Assembly (NCBI GenBank): GCA_016699995.1
Contig: CP064996.1
Location: 754,963-818,962, forward strand
Origin: a bacterium
GTDB taxonomy: Bacteria > Patescibacteriota > Doudnabacteria > UBA920
DNA length: 64,000 nt
Direction of reading: 5' to 3'
A program made the translations under genes and the position numbers. Every line of letters begins with the position of its first letter. Position 1 is the first letter of the stretch. This document shows positions 1 through 10,431 of this stretch, piece by piece. The notes beneath the pieces were generated by a model that saw nothing but the letters and a program-made list of their open reading frames with translations, was not told the origin of the DNA and did no database searches.

Positions 1-3000
1 AGACTCTTTCGGATGTAAAGCCAGCTTTCTTGCCGGCAATTATCAAATAGCAAGTACCCCTATCTGATCCTCTGTCAGAACAGATTATACTGCCGTCACG
101 CGGAGCAATAAACCCTTCAATCGGCAGCTGCAGATCGCCGGTGGTAGCTGGTACGACAGACTTAAAATTATTAAAGGTATAAGAAAGGAAGGCTCCTGCC
201 GAAGTATAAGGCCTTAACGTGTTATTGCTGGTGACTGTGTATATAGTCCCGTCGGCAGTTTTGATGTTAGCGCCTGCCTTGCTAGCCGGACCCTGTTTGG
301 TGGTTTGCCCGGATTTGGAGTATTCGATAGTAGCAGTAATAACTTCACTGGATTGCCCGTAGGAAGTATACAATTTAGCGTACACGGTCTTGAGCCCATA
401 GTTGCATACTGCCAAATGTTTACACAGATCCCACTGCTTACCAGAGGAGTACTTTTCCTGCCCTACAAAACTGAAGTCGGAGGTATTGGAAATTGCCATG
501 TTGGCTATATCCGAACCTCCATTGAAGGACAAGACAACATTAGAGCTTGATGTAGTTTTTGCACCGCCGTTAATTTGAAGCTTAAATCCACCGGAAGGAG
601 CGACAGGAGATAAGTATGCAATTGACGGCAAACCGCCTCCGACTGAAGGGCTGCCAAAAATAGAGAACACAGAGAACTGCGTGGTGGTGCAAGTAATTGT
701 ATTTGCAGAGGTATTTACAACGCAATCGCTTAACGGACTCCAACTAACGCCGTTATACCTGTAAACTACTAAAGCTGATTCGTTGATCCCTGCCACATCG
801 CTCTCCTGATAGCTAAACGTCAAAGTAATGGCAGAGTTAAAGCTTGTTACAGGGGTATCCAGATTGGTCAAAGATTTAAGGTCGAAAACCAGGCCCACAG
901 GGTTAACCCCGGACGGCTTGCCAATATTCGCCAAGACAGTCGTCTTATCGAGTTCTTTGATTTGGAATGTTGCGTTAGCACCTACGGCCCCCATAGGTAT
1001 GGTCAATTCCAGGCCGTTGGAACCGGAAGTCAATTGGGCGGTTCCGCCAGTGCCATTATTTACGCTCGTAGCAGACTGGGTCACGACTGTAGCAGAGCCA
1101 GCACAGCCAGTAGTAGTGAAGCTATTGGCGCCGCCGGTTGCCAAGTTGCTGGCTGCGTCATTTGATTTAACTCGGAAATAATAGGTAGAACAAGAAGTTA
1201 AATTGGTAAGGTTAACGGTGTGGCTTGTTACGCGGGGAGAAGTATCAGCTTCGCTAGTGGAAGTCCCGTAGCTAGAAGTAAGGCCATATTCCACCATAGA
1301 TGAGCTGTTCTCGTCCGTGGTCCAAGTGATAGACGCAGAATTACTGCCCGGGGTTGCAGAAACTGATGAAATCGACGGTGCGGTGCCATCGGCAGTGGTG
1401 GAATTCACAGATGTTGTATTTCCAGCTCCATTAGAATTGGCAGCTTTGACCCTAAAGTTGTAAGCTGTTCCACTGGACAAACCTGTTACCGTAGCAGAGG
1501 CTGTCGTAGAGGTGCCATCATTAAAAGTGCTCCAGGTGCTCGCCGCTGATTCTTTATACTCAATAATATAGTCGGTGATGCTAGATCCTCCATTACTTAC
1601 CGGAGCGGTCCATGAAAGCGCAACCGAAGTACTGCTCGGATTAGCAGACAAGCTGGTTGGCAACCCAGGATAATTCAATCCTAAAACATTTTTAGTAACC
1701 GTAACCATGCTGCTTGTAACGGTTTTCAAACCGGCATAGCTCCAGTGGTTTGCGTCACGCAAAGCTGCACCTGTGGAATCGATAGCGTACACATTAGGCT
1801 CCGAAGCGGCTAACTCATTGATTGCCGTGTTATAGGTTCCGTAACCCATAGACTGGAACCCTGTGAGAATAATAATCGCTCCGGGCAAATCGGCTTTAAT
1901 CCTGTCCATCCATTCAATCATATTAGTCTTCCAGGTTGAAACGTTATTTCCAGCAATAGCATCATTAATACCTAAGCTTAAAAATACTACCCATTTGCGG
2001 TTTTCCGGCAGCTGGGTTTTGGCAGCCGCTGTACGCTGCAAAAATTTGGTCCAATATGTCTGGCCGACAGCCCAGTTGGTAACTTGAGAACCGCCATGGC
2101 CAGTCTTAACCAAATAAACTTGAGGATTATCTGGGAAAGCATGCTCTTCTGTAGAGTTTGCCAATTGAAGTTCAAAGCCATGACAACAGTCATAATAACC
2201 TTCTAAGCCAGAGTGGTCGCGCAGGTTATTTGTCCCTATATCCAAATTCTCATACAAGAAATTGCCAGAAGTTAGATTCATTATCTGTACCGCCGAGCGA
2301 GATGCCAATTCCCCTACGGTAGCTTGACTATTTAATCCGATACCACCAGAATTGCTTTCGCCGGTAATAACAAAACTCAAAGTACTGATTGCATCGGGCG
2401 TTGCAGAAGCAATGGCTGAAGACGTACCGGGATTGCCATCATTAGAGCCTTTTACTCTAAAATCGTAAGCAGAACCATTTGTTAAGCCAGTAACAATGGC
2501 CTTTAGGCTAGTAGAAGTACCGTCATTAAAAGTCGACCAAGTGGAAGGTTCGGAAGAAAGCTTGTACTCAATAACATAATCGGTTGGCGTGCCTCCCGAA
2601 GTCGGAGCATCCCACCCGAGCAGCACTTGGCGGTTAAAACCGGTTGCAACCAGACCTGTAACTTGACCGGGGGCTTGCGGCAACTGAGGAGTTGCCGAAT
2701 TTGACGCGCTTGAAGCTGCGGAATCGCCCTGAACGTTAGTGGCTTTGACGGTGAAAGTATAGGCTACGTCATTAGTAAGCCCGGTCACAGTGATAGGAGA
2801 GCTGCTGCCGCTGGCTGTAACCCCGCCCGGCGAGGACGTAACTGTGTAGCCAGTAATGGCGCTGCCGCCATTAAAACTCGGTGGTGTAAATGTAACGACT
2901 GCCGAACCATTGCCAGCCGTAGCGGTACCGATTGTCGGGGCATCAGGAACAGTATCCACCGGAGTTTCACCGTAGACAACAACTTCATCAAAGGTACTGG

Positions 3001-5962
3001 CAGTGCCGGAGTTCTGCAGGAACACGGGTTTGTTATTAACCACAACAGCCGTGTTGTGAGTACATACCAAGACATTGTCCTTATAAACTTCAAAACCACC
3101 AGAAATGATTTTCATCTTGTAAATTGCTGCTCCAACGCTAGCCGTACCACAACTCGTTTGGGTCATAGCAGTATTGTCCCAAGACAGCGCTAAGATAACC
3201 GACGAACCCGCTCCAGATATATATACGAGGTAAGCCTTTTTGTTCGCACTTGCAAACTGATAATCACCGTATCCCAAGACGGGACCGGAGCCAGAAATCA
3301 TGCTTGCAGAAATTTCTAGAGAGGTGGAACTGAATACATCCTGGGAGATTAAAGCATTTTGAGCCCAGTTCCCACCTACATAACTATCTGCAATAGTTAA
3401 TGAACCATTTTGTTGAATCTTTCCCGTCGTCCCGCCGGAACCAGTAGGGTCATATTCATACCATTTATCAGTATTAATGGTTGTCCCAGTAAAACTATCC
3501 GTGAGTTGATTCGCCAAAGTACTCGGAGTTACCGAGTTTGAAGCTGAGGATGCCGAGGAAGTTCCAGCTGAGTTGGTAGCGGTAACCGTAAACGTGTAAG
3601 AGACGCCATTGGTAAGGCCTGTCACAGTTAGCGGCGATGATGCGCCAGAAGCAGTAAAACCGCCTGGAGACGATGTCACTGTATAGCTAGTTATAGAAGC
3701 GCCGCCATTATCCACCGGAGGACTAAATGACACAGTGGCTTGAGTATTACCACCTTCTGCTGATACACCAGTTGGGGCATCTGGTGCCGTTGGAGGGCCA
3801 GGGGTTTTTGTAGCAGTTCCGCTAGCGGTGCCAGTGCCTATAATATTCACTGCTTTAACCCGGAAATCATAACTTAGACCGTTGGTTAAACCAGTTATAG
3901 TAGCAGTGGTAGAGGTAGAAGTACCATCGTTAAATGTGGACCAAGTTGTTGGCTCTGAACTCAGCTTATACTCCACTATATAATCTGTAATGGCTGTGCC
4001 GCCGTTACTAGCCGGTGCAGACCAAGACAGCCCAATCTGGGTGTCTCCTCTGCTTGCACCGAGAGAGGTGGGAGCGCCGGGAACAGTCGGGCCAGACACA
4101 GCAATGTTCCATTTAGTAGAGAGATAGTTTTCTAAAATATTTCTTTGATCAGAAGTGATTGTCGAACTATAAGCGATGACTTCAGCAATATCGCCGTTCC
4201 AATAACGGCCGCCGCCGTTAATCATACCTATTGAAGAAGTTGTATTGGTCATACTGGAAGGCAGCTGAAAAACACCAATCCAATATTCATTTAGAGGCGA
4301 GAAGTCGTGGCCGCTAGAAGCAGCAATAGATGTGCCATTGCGGTGAGCCAAAGAGAAACTGCTAGTCGCTGACCCTAATTTAGTAGTACCATCTATCCCA
4401 TTCAAAACATGACCGTTACCTGGCGAGGTTCCTGTAAAATCACCGATCAAACCTGGGTAATTGCTGAAAGCCGCGGAAGTACTCTTTTTGGCAACGATGG
4501 CTACGGTGCGGTATGTAATTGAGCTGCCAATATTAAAATAATCATCACTGCCGTCAAAATTCATTACCGAACGGCCATTAAGGGCATTGGACACTAACGT
4601 CGGACGGGCTGTGCTCGCAGATGTAGCGTTTTTGCCATTTCCGCTTTTGTCATTGACCTGACTGATCCTGTCCCCAGACACGCTCATATTATCCGCATCT
4701 GCCCCGTCTAACCATAGAGCCAAATTAGGAATACTTGGAGGAATTTCTTCGTTTGGAGTAACCGCATTAGATGCGCTGGAGGCTGACGACGTGCCTATGG
4801 CGTTTGTAGCAGTAACTGTGAAAGTATAAGAAACACCATTAGTAAGGCCGCTCACAGTAATCGGGGAAGAGGACCCCGTACCTGTAAAACCGCCTGGGGA
4901 AGATGTCACAGTATAACCAGTAATGGTACTGCCGCCATTAGAGCCGGGCGTGAAGGAAACCGAAGCAGACTCATCACCAGCTACCGCAGTGCCAATTGTA
5001 GGTGCAGCCGGCGCCGTGGGCGCAGAAGGGGTTGCATTGGCAGTACTACTGGCTGTTCCAGTACCGACAGCGTTAATGGCGCTCACTCTAAAATTATACA
5101 GAGACCCGTTGCTTAAGCTTGTAACCGTTGCCGAGGTGGAAGTAGATGTACCGTCATTAAATGTGGACCACGTAGTTGGCTCCGAATTCAATTTATACTC
5201 TACTAAGTAATCCGTGATGGCAGAACCGCCATTCGAACCAGGAGCAGACCAGGTTAGTGCCACCTGGGCATCGCCTGCTTCCGCACTTAAACCGGTAACT
5301 TGACCAGGAGCCGTTGGCGCTCCGCCATTGCCTGTTACTAAGACATCATCGAATGTAGATGCTGCGGCGGAAGATTGCAAAAATATTTTCTTATTGTCCA
5401 GTGCTACCCCAGTACTCTGGGTACACATCAGCACGCCATCTTTATATACTTCAAACCCGCCAGAAATAATTTTCATTTTATATACAGCACCGGCGGTATA
5501 AGTGCCGCAGGTTTGATTGGCCACCAATGTTCCATTATTCCACACTAAACTCAAAGGATTCCCAGATCCTAAAATATCCAGAATGTAAGCCTGAGTTCCC
5601 CCAGATTAGAAATTATAATCACCATATCCCAGTAGCGCGTCTGAGCCTCTGGTAATTCTGGCGGAGACTTCTAAAGTGTCCGAGTCAAATGTATCAACCG
5701 ACGTTAAAGCATTTGTGCCCCATACACTTCCAGCAAAACCCTGGGAAGCAGTTAAGGTGCCGTTCTGTTGAATGTTGCCGGTTGTCCCACCAGAACCGCC
5801 TGTATCAATTTCTTGCCATTTATTCGTGTCGATCGTCGTACCAGTAAAGTCATCCGACAGCAAAGTTGCCGAAAAAACAAAAGGGACAGATGCAAATTGT
5901 CCGATTATCACAGAAGATACCAAAAGAATTACTGCAAAATAATTGCGGAGATTGGAAGTCAT
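1..5962 (-). pseudogene. Giant secreted multidomain surface protein, 3'-partial (runs past coordinate 1). Architecture: signal peptide, LamG/ConA-like jelly-roll domains, many fibronectin type III domains, and an SGNH/GDSL-type esterase domain at about 1700-2400. The reading frame is interrupted by an in-frame TAA at 5606-5608 and by an apparent compensating +1/-1 frameshift pair near 4378-4381 and 4256-4262.
   Basis: Hand translation of the minus strand in frame (codon first base congruent to 1 mod 3) gives continuous, domain-like protein. Repeated FN3-type segments appear throughout (for example, SWSAPASNGGTAITDYIVEYKLSSEPTTWSTFNDGTSTS..LTNGLSYDFRVKAVN). LamG-type motifs are present (MINGGGRYWNGDIAEVIAYS). 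SGNH esterase blocks are present (ITGESNSGG, LSLGINDAIAG, DANHW). The N-terminal 118 codons carry a signal peptide and are separated from the rest by a single in-frame TAA. Low GC-skewed antisense ORFs are the only track ORFs in this region. Confidence 0.6.
5606..5962 (-). CDS. N-terminal 118-aa fragment of the giant surface protein (signal peptide plus the start of a LamG-like domain), terminated by an in-frame TAA.
   Basis: The ORF-track ORF MTSNLRNYFAVILLVSSVIIGQFASVPFVFSA... ends GYGDYNF followed by TAA. The codon directly after the stop continues the same domain (SGGTQAYILDILGSG...), which aligns with the paralogous internal copy GYGDYQFASANKKAYLVYISGAG. Confidence 0.7.
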   Translation of the reverse strand: MTSNLRNYFAVILLVSSVIIGQFASVPFVFSATLLSDDFTGTTIDTNKWQEIDTGGSGGTTGNIQQNGTLTASQGFAGSVWGTNALTSVDTFDSDTLEVSARITRGSDALLGYGDYNF

Positions 5963-6021
5963 TAGATTGTTATTTATATTTTTATTTCAAGTCTTAAATC
6001 TGGCTCTATTATAGCATAATC

Positions 6022-6060
6022 TGACAAAAAATAAAAGGCCTGCTTTACAGAGCAAGCCTT
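6022..6060 (-). terminator. Rho-independent terminator downstream of pyk.
   Basis: Hairpin aaggcctgct-ttacag-agcaagcctt, followed on the minus strand by a T-run. Confidence 0.5.
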
Positions 6061-6069
6061 CGATTGAAT

Positions 6070-7500
6070 TTATTTTACATTCACGGCCTGAACTAAGTTC
6101 ATGCGCTGTCCTAACGGATTCCCCGCGACCAATACAACTTTCTGCCCTTTATGAATTAGCTTCAACCTTTTCGCCTCCGCTACAAAATATTCCAACAATC
6201 CTTCCACATTCTTTAAGGCCGTTAAGCTTTTTACGTATAAAGGCCTAATCCCCCAGAATAATGCCATCTGCCGATATACTTTAGGCCTGTCTGTAAGAAT
6301 TAAGATCGGGGCCACGGGCCGTTCGCGAGAAACAAAGCGGGCGGTGTAGCCGCTCTCGGTAGTACCGATAATTGCTTCTGCCCCGACACCAATCGCCAAA
6401 CGCAGAACAGCGCCAGCAATTAAGGAAGCCTTGTAATCTTCTATCTCGGCCTCCATGCTAAACGGCTGGGCCGGCATATCATCGTAAGGGGAATTTTCTG
6501 TGTCTTCTATGATGCGGCGCATTTCGGCCACAGCTTCGATTGGATAACTGCCGGTGGCGCTTTCGCCAGAAAGCATTACTGCGTCGGCGTGGTCTATAAC
6601 TGCATTCGCAACGTCGGAAACTTCGGCGCGCGTAGGACGTGGGTTGCGGATCATGGAATCGAGCATTTGGGTCGCCACGATAACCGGTTTAGCTACGCTG
6701 TTGCATCGCGAAATTAAATCCTTTTGGATCATCGGCACTTGCGAGTCCGCAATCTCTACGCCCAAGTCGCCACGTGCTACCATAATACCGTCGGCCTCCC
6801 GCAGGATACGATCGAAATTTTCCACGGCCTCCTTGCGTTCGATCTTCGCAATAATCTTTGGAGCGGAGCCGCCTTTGCGCAAATGCTTGTTTATCAGTTT
6901 TCGCAAATTGCGAATATCAGCGCCATTGCGAACGAACGATAGCGCGACGTAATCCACGTCATTTTCTAACCCAAACTTTAGGTCAGCCAAATCCTTGTTA
7001 GTGATAATCGGGAATGTAATAGTACTGTCTGGTAAGTTAACGCCCTTGTGAGATTTCACCACTCCTCCGTTAACAACCTTGCAAGTGATCTTCCCATGAG
7101 TCTTAGAGCCAACCCTGCTCGGCGCCACACTTACCACCTTAAGTTCCATTAATCCATCTTCTATTAAAATGCGCTCGCCCCGCTTAACAGAACGGCTAAT
7201 ATCGAAGTCCATATCAAAATCCCTGCCCAGCATAACTGTCTGACCCTTTTTTATAGCGACAGGCTTCTCTAATTCTCCAATTCGGATTTTAGGACCCTGA
7301 AGATCCTGCAAGATAGCTACCGGCTTGTCCAGTTTCTTAGAAGCGTCCCGGATGGTCTGCATCAACTGTTGATGGTTTGCATAACTGCCATGAGAAAAAT
7401 TAAGGCGGGCCACATTCATCCCGTTCGCTACCATTTTTGTTAAAATTTTTGGATCTTCACTGCTCGGTCCGATCGTTGCTATGATTTTTGTTCGCTTCAT
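6070..7500 (-). CDS. pyk: Pyruvate kinase.
   Basis: 476 aa. MKRTKIIATIGPSS...NVARLNFSHG...KIENxEA...MVARGDLGVEI motifs typical of pyruvate kinase. Confidence 0.9.
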   Translation of the reverse strand: MKRTKIIATIGPSSEDPKILTKMVANGMNVARLNFSHGSYANHQQLMQTIRDASKKLDKPVAILQDLQGPKIRIGELEKPVAIKKGQTVMLGRDFDMDFDISRSVKRGERILIEDGLMELKVVSVAPSRVGSKTHGKITCKVVNGGVVKSHKGVNLPDSTITFPIITNKDLADLKFGLENDVDYVALSFVRNGADIRNLRKLINKHLRKGGSAPKIIAKIERKEAVENFDRILREADGIMVARGDLGVEIADSQVPMIQKDLISRCNSVAKPVIVATQMLDSMIRNPRPTRAEVSDVANAVIDHADAVMLSGESATGSYPIEAVAEMRRIIEDTENSPYDDMPAQPFSMEAEIEDYKASLIAGAVLRLAIGVGAEAIIGTTESGYTARFVSRERPVAPILILTDRPKVYRQMALFWGIRPLYVKSLTALKNVEGLLEYFVAEAKRLKLIHKGQKVVLVAGNPLGQRMNLVQAVNVK

Positions 7501-7591
7501 AAAGTTTTTTAATTACCTTTTAATTATAGCAAAAAGAAAAACTTGGCAATTTACGCCTTAGATAAGCGCAATAATGCCGAGCAAGAAGATT

Positions 7592-8329
7592 TTAAAGCAG
7601 TTTACGAGCGAAATCTAAATCTTCTGGATTGTTAATTCCGTAAGCTTCCTTAGGATCGATAGATAAAGAATTCACTTTTTTTCCGTCTTTAATGGCCAGC
7701 TCAATGATATCGGTTAAATAAAATTCATGCTGATTATTATCATCGGTGATCTGAGCAAGCTTATCCCAAATCCATACTGAGTTGAACATATAAGTTCCGG
7801 TGTTAACTTCTGTAATGAGCCTTTCTTGATCGGTGCTGTCTTTAAATTCACGTATCTTGTTTACTTCGCCAGCCGCGTTGCGAATAATTCTTCCCCAACT
7901 AGAGAAATATTTGTTGCCACCTTCGAAATTTTCGAGTTTAACAGTGACCATAGAGACAACAGAGCGGTTTTGATGGTGAGAATCAATTAATTTCTGTAAC
8001 GACTCTTTGGTGGTAAAAGGCATGTCACCATTTAGCACTATAAAATTCTCCGCCACTATTTGATCTTTGGCAGAAAGTACCGCGTGGCCGGTTCCTTTTT
8101 GATCAAACTGAGTGACATAAATATATTCATCACCAAGAGCATCCATTACCATCTCTTTTTTAAAGCCAACCACTATTACCGGCTTGGTGTCCTGAGGCAG
8201 GCCTTTGATCTCATTCAATAGATGTAAAATAATAGGCTCTCCGATATTCAAGGGCAATAAAACTTTAGGAATTTCTCCGCCCATACGGGTGCCTTTGCCT
8301 GCGGCAAGAATTACAATTTGCTGTGACAT
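7592..8329 (-). CDS. Sugar-1-phosphate nucleotidyltransferase, GlmU N-terminal (UDP-GlcNAc pyrophosphorylase-like) domain only.
   Basis: 245 aa. Contains LAAGKGTRMGG (G-x-G-T-R motif) and QFDQKGTGHAV. The LbH acetyltransferase domain is absent. Confidence 0.7.
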   Translation of the reverse strand: MSQQIVILAAGKGTRMGGEIPKVLLPLNIGEPIILHLLNEIKGLPQDTKPVIVVGFKKEMVMDALGDEYIYVTQFDQKGTGHAVLSAKDQIVAENFIVLNGDMPFTTKESLQKLIDSHHQNRSVVSMVTVKLENFEGGNKYFSSWGRIIRNAAGEVNKIREFKDSTDQERLITEVNTGTYMFNSVWIWDKLAQITDDNNQHEFYLTDIIELAIKDGKKVNSLSIDPKEAYGINNPEDLDFARKLL

Positions 8330-8390
8330 ATAGTTATAAAAAATGCTTAAGTAAGGCTTAAGCTAAGGCAATTATATCAATTTCGAGACA

Positions 8391-8416
8391 ATAAAAAAAG
8401 CCTAGGAACTAGGCTG
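8391..8416 (-). terminator. Rho-independent terminator after gene 8470..8958.
   Basis: Minus-strand hairpin agcctag-ttc-ctaggct followed by T7. Confidence 0.5.
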
Positions 8417-8469
8417 TTGAATTAAGCTTTAGAAAGGCAAAAAGCTAAAAGACTTTGTCGGATTTCAGC

Positions 8470-8958
8470 TTATGCAATCTCTCGTTGCTCACACTGCTTG
8501 CGAAAAGGCCATAAGCTGCCATCCAGAATCCACGGCTTCATGCCCATGATCTCCTGTTTGTAGGTGAGTTGCGGTGCCACCTCGCGGAGAATGAATATGC
8601 CTTTCTTAAGATAGAAGGCTAACCCGATCTCTATAAGAGTATTGCCGCCTACATAGCCTTCAAGGCCGTGCTTCTCCTCGTTAACAACCAGAATATTGTC
8701 ACACCATTCGATCTTCTCAAAGTGGTCCCTAACCGCACCTTCTTTAAGATTCCAAATTTCGTGACCTGCTGGGAAAGCGTCTATGCTGCCATTGTTTCGG
8801 ATGTACTCGCCAAAGTATAGCTTCCTGCCGCCGCCGTAACTTTCCGGCACTTCTAACGCCAGTTCAGGAATCTTAACTTCGTGACCAAAGCCAATTAATT
8901 CTTTCTGGATCCTCTCCATTTCGCTGTATGCGGACATGCTGCCGCACAAAGTCATTCT
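8470..8958 (-). CDS. Nucleoside 2-deoxyribosyltransferase-like family protein (Rcl/LOG-like fold). The start is revised to the internal ATG.
   Basis: The track ORF begins at 9150 with a junk-like N-terminus. An AGGAGG RBS lies 5 nt upstream of ATG at 8958 (MRMTLCGSMSAYSEMERIQKELIGFGHEV...). The motif ILVVNEEKHGLEGYVGGNTLIEIGLAFYLKKGIFIL resembles the catalytic core of deoxyribosyltransferase-like proteins. Confidence 0.45.
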   Translation of the reverse strand, partial: RMTLCGSMSAYSEMERIQKELIGFGHEVKIPELALEVPESYGGGRKLYFGEYIRNNGSIDAFPAGHEIWNLKEGAVRDHFEKIEWCDNILVVNEEKHGLEGYVGGNTLIEIGLAFYLKKGIFILREVAPQLTYKQEIMGMKPWILDGSLWPFRKQCEQREIA

Positions 8959-9229
8959 CATAATTCCTCCTACGGTTTCTATTTTGCAGCAATTGCGATA
9001 GCTAGAATGACATGAAAGATTCCCCAAACGATGTAAATAGAGTGCCACCCGAAGTCCCTGAAACTCCGATGAAGCCTGTGACCTCTCAACACGCCTGTAA
9101 AAATGAAAAACGCGCCGATAATAATCTGAGTGTAAGGGCTCCAATACCATTCCATACCACCATCCTCCTCTGCAACTGTTGTTTTCTTAATATATCAAAT
9201 TCCCGCACCCTTGCAAACCGTCATAGCTA

Positions 9230-9255
9230 AACAAAAAACCCGCCTTTAGGGCGAG
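9230..9255 (-). terminator. Rho-independent terminator closing the 23S-5S transcription unit.
   Basis: Minus strand: CGCC-taaa-GGCG-like GC hairpin followed by TTTTTT. Confidence 0.45.
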
Positions 9256-9265
9256 TTTATTGTTA

Positions 9266-9380
9266 AAGGGCAGCTACCTACTTTTGCACTGGCATGCACC
9301 AGACTATCATCGGCACGAGCGCGTTTTACTGCTGAGTTCGGGATGGGATCAGGTAGGACCGCACTGTAAATGCCACCCGG
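9266..9380 (-). rRNA. rrf: 5S ribosomal RNA.
   Basis: The reverse complement contains CCGAACTCAGCAGTAAAACGCGCTCGTGCCGATGATAGTCTGG...AGTAGGTAGCTGCCC, which aligns with the bacterial 5S consensus. Helix I is 5' GGGUGGC / 3' GCUGCCC. The ends are approximate, within a few nt. Confidence 0.8.
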
Positions 9381-10053
9381 CTGGCAATTCCTGCTATTAC
9401 GGCAAGCCGTAAAAGAGAAACTACCAGCTAGAAGGCATTTAACCTTTTAACTTTGAAAACTAAATAGTGGTAACGAGTTTTGCCGGTTTTAAACCAGCAC
9501 CATACTCTATTGCAAGACACTCAAACATTAACCGCGATTTGCTATTACAAATTGCTTGTCAATGATTCGTATAATCCCTTTCTAAAAAGAAAGAAATAGA
9601 TTAGAACTTTCGGTTGATTAGTATTGCTCGGCTCAATTTATTACTAAACTTACACCTGCAACCTATAAAATCGCCACTTTTTAATCCAGGCAAGCCCTTC
9701 ATAAAAAATATTGATTGAAATACGCAGTAGTCTTCTGCGAACCTTTCGTATCCCGAAGGATACAACGAAACCTAGTCTTATGGACAGCTTCGCGCTTATA
9801 TGCTTTCAGCGCTTATCTAAACTATACCTAGCTACCCCGCCATGCTCCTGAAGGAACAACGGGTACACCAGAGGTATATGCATCTCGGTCCTCTCGTACT
9901 AGAGACGCGCCCACTCAAGTTTCGTACACCCACAGCAGATAAGGACCAAACTGTCTCACGACGTTTTGAACCCAGCTCGCGTACCACTTTAATTGGCGAA
10001 CAGCCAAACCCTTGGGAGCTTCTTCACCCCCAGGACGTGATGAGCCGACATCG

Positions 10054-10431
10054 TACCTGAATCCATACTTTCATATGGTGCAGACTATATCTTCATCTTA
10101 TCAACGACGTTAGGCTGGTAGGCCATAGTCTGTTTGTTTATGTTGCTAAGCAACATGATAAGAGTCGGCGTGTTACCTTGCGCTACTCATTATGTAGCCG
10201 ACAAAGTCTCCTCTTTCGAGTCAGTCGTTACGGGGTCAACGCTAATACTAGCGCGACTTCCCACGGTATCGCCGTGTAATACTTTTCTAACATACCACAG
10301 TATTACTTACGGGTTCACCGTTATAAGCCGATTTTATTTTCTTTCTATTATATCTAGAATAGTTTTACCTATTCTAAGACGGACGAAAGACCACAGTATG
10401 AGATCGCTCTCATAGCACCCCGATTAAGTTA
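10054..10431 (-). other. About 378 nt ORF-less insertion in 23S domain V at the position equivalent to E. coli about 2499/2500. Putative group I intron or intervening sequence.
   Basis: The flanks reconstitute the conserved GGCACCU|CGAUGUCGGCUC. The insert carries an AAGATATAGTC S-element-like motif followed by a CCATA-TGAAAG-TATGG hairpin (P9-like) about 45 nt from its 3' end. There is no ORF of 60 aa or more. Confidence 0.5.

Noticed and set aside
305-5210. Plus-strand ORFs (305..550, 828..1181, 962..1165, 1863..2087, 4923..5210) and minus-strand off-frame ORFs (214..399, 1987..2193, 2785..3099) inside the giant surface gene.
   Set aside because: They are Ala/Gly/Pro/Arg-rich translations of alternative frames of a GC-skewed coding strand. 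The genuine frame shows clear FN3/LamG/SGNH domain sequence.
9012-9230. ORF 9012..9230 (+) and the N-terminal 64 codons of track ORF 8470..9150.
   Set aside because: The real gene starts at the RBS-preceded ATG at 8958. The upstream stretch is intergenic or terminator sequence next to 5S.
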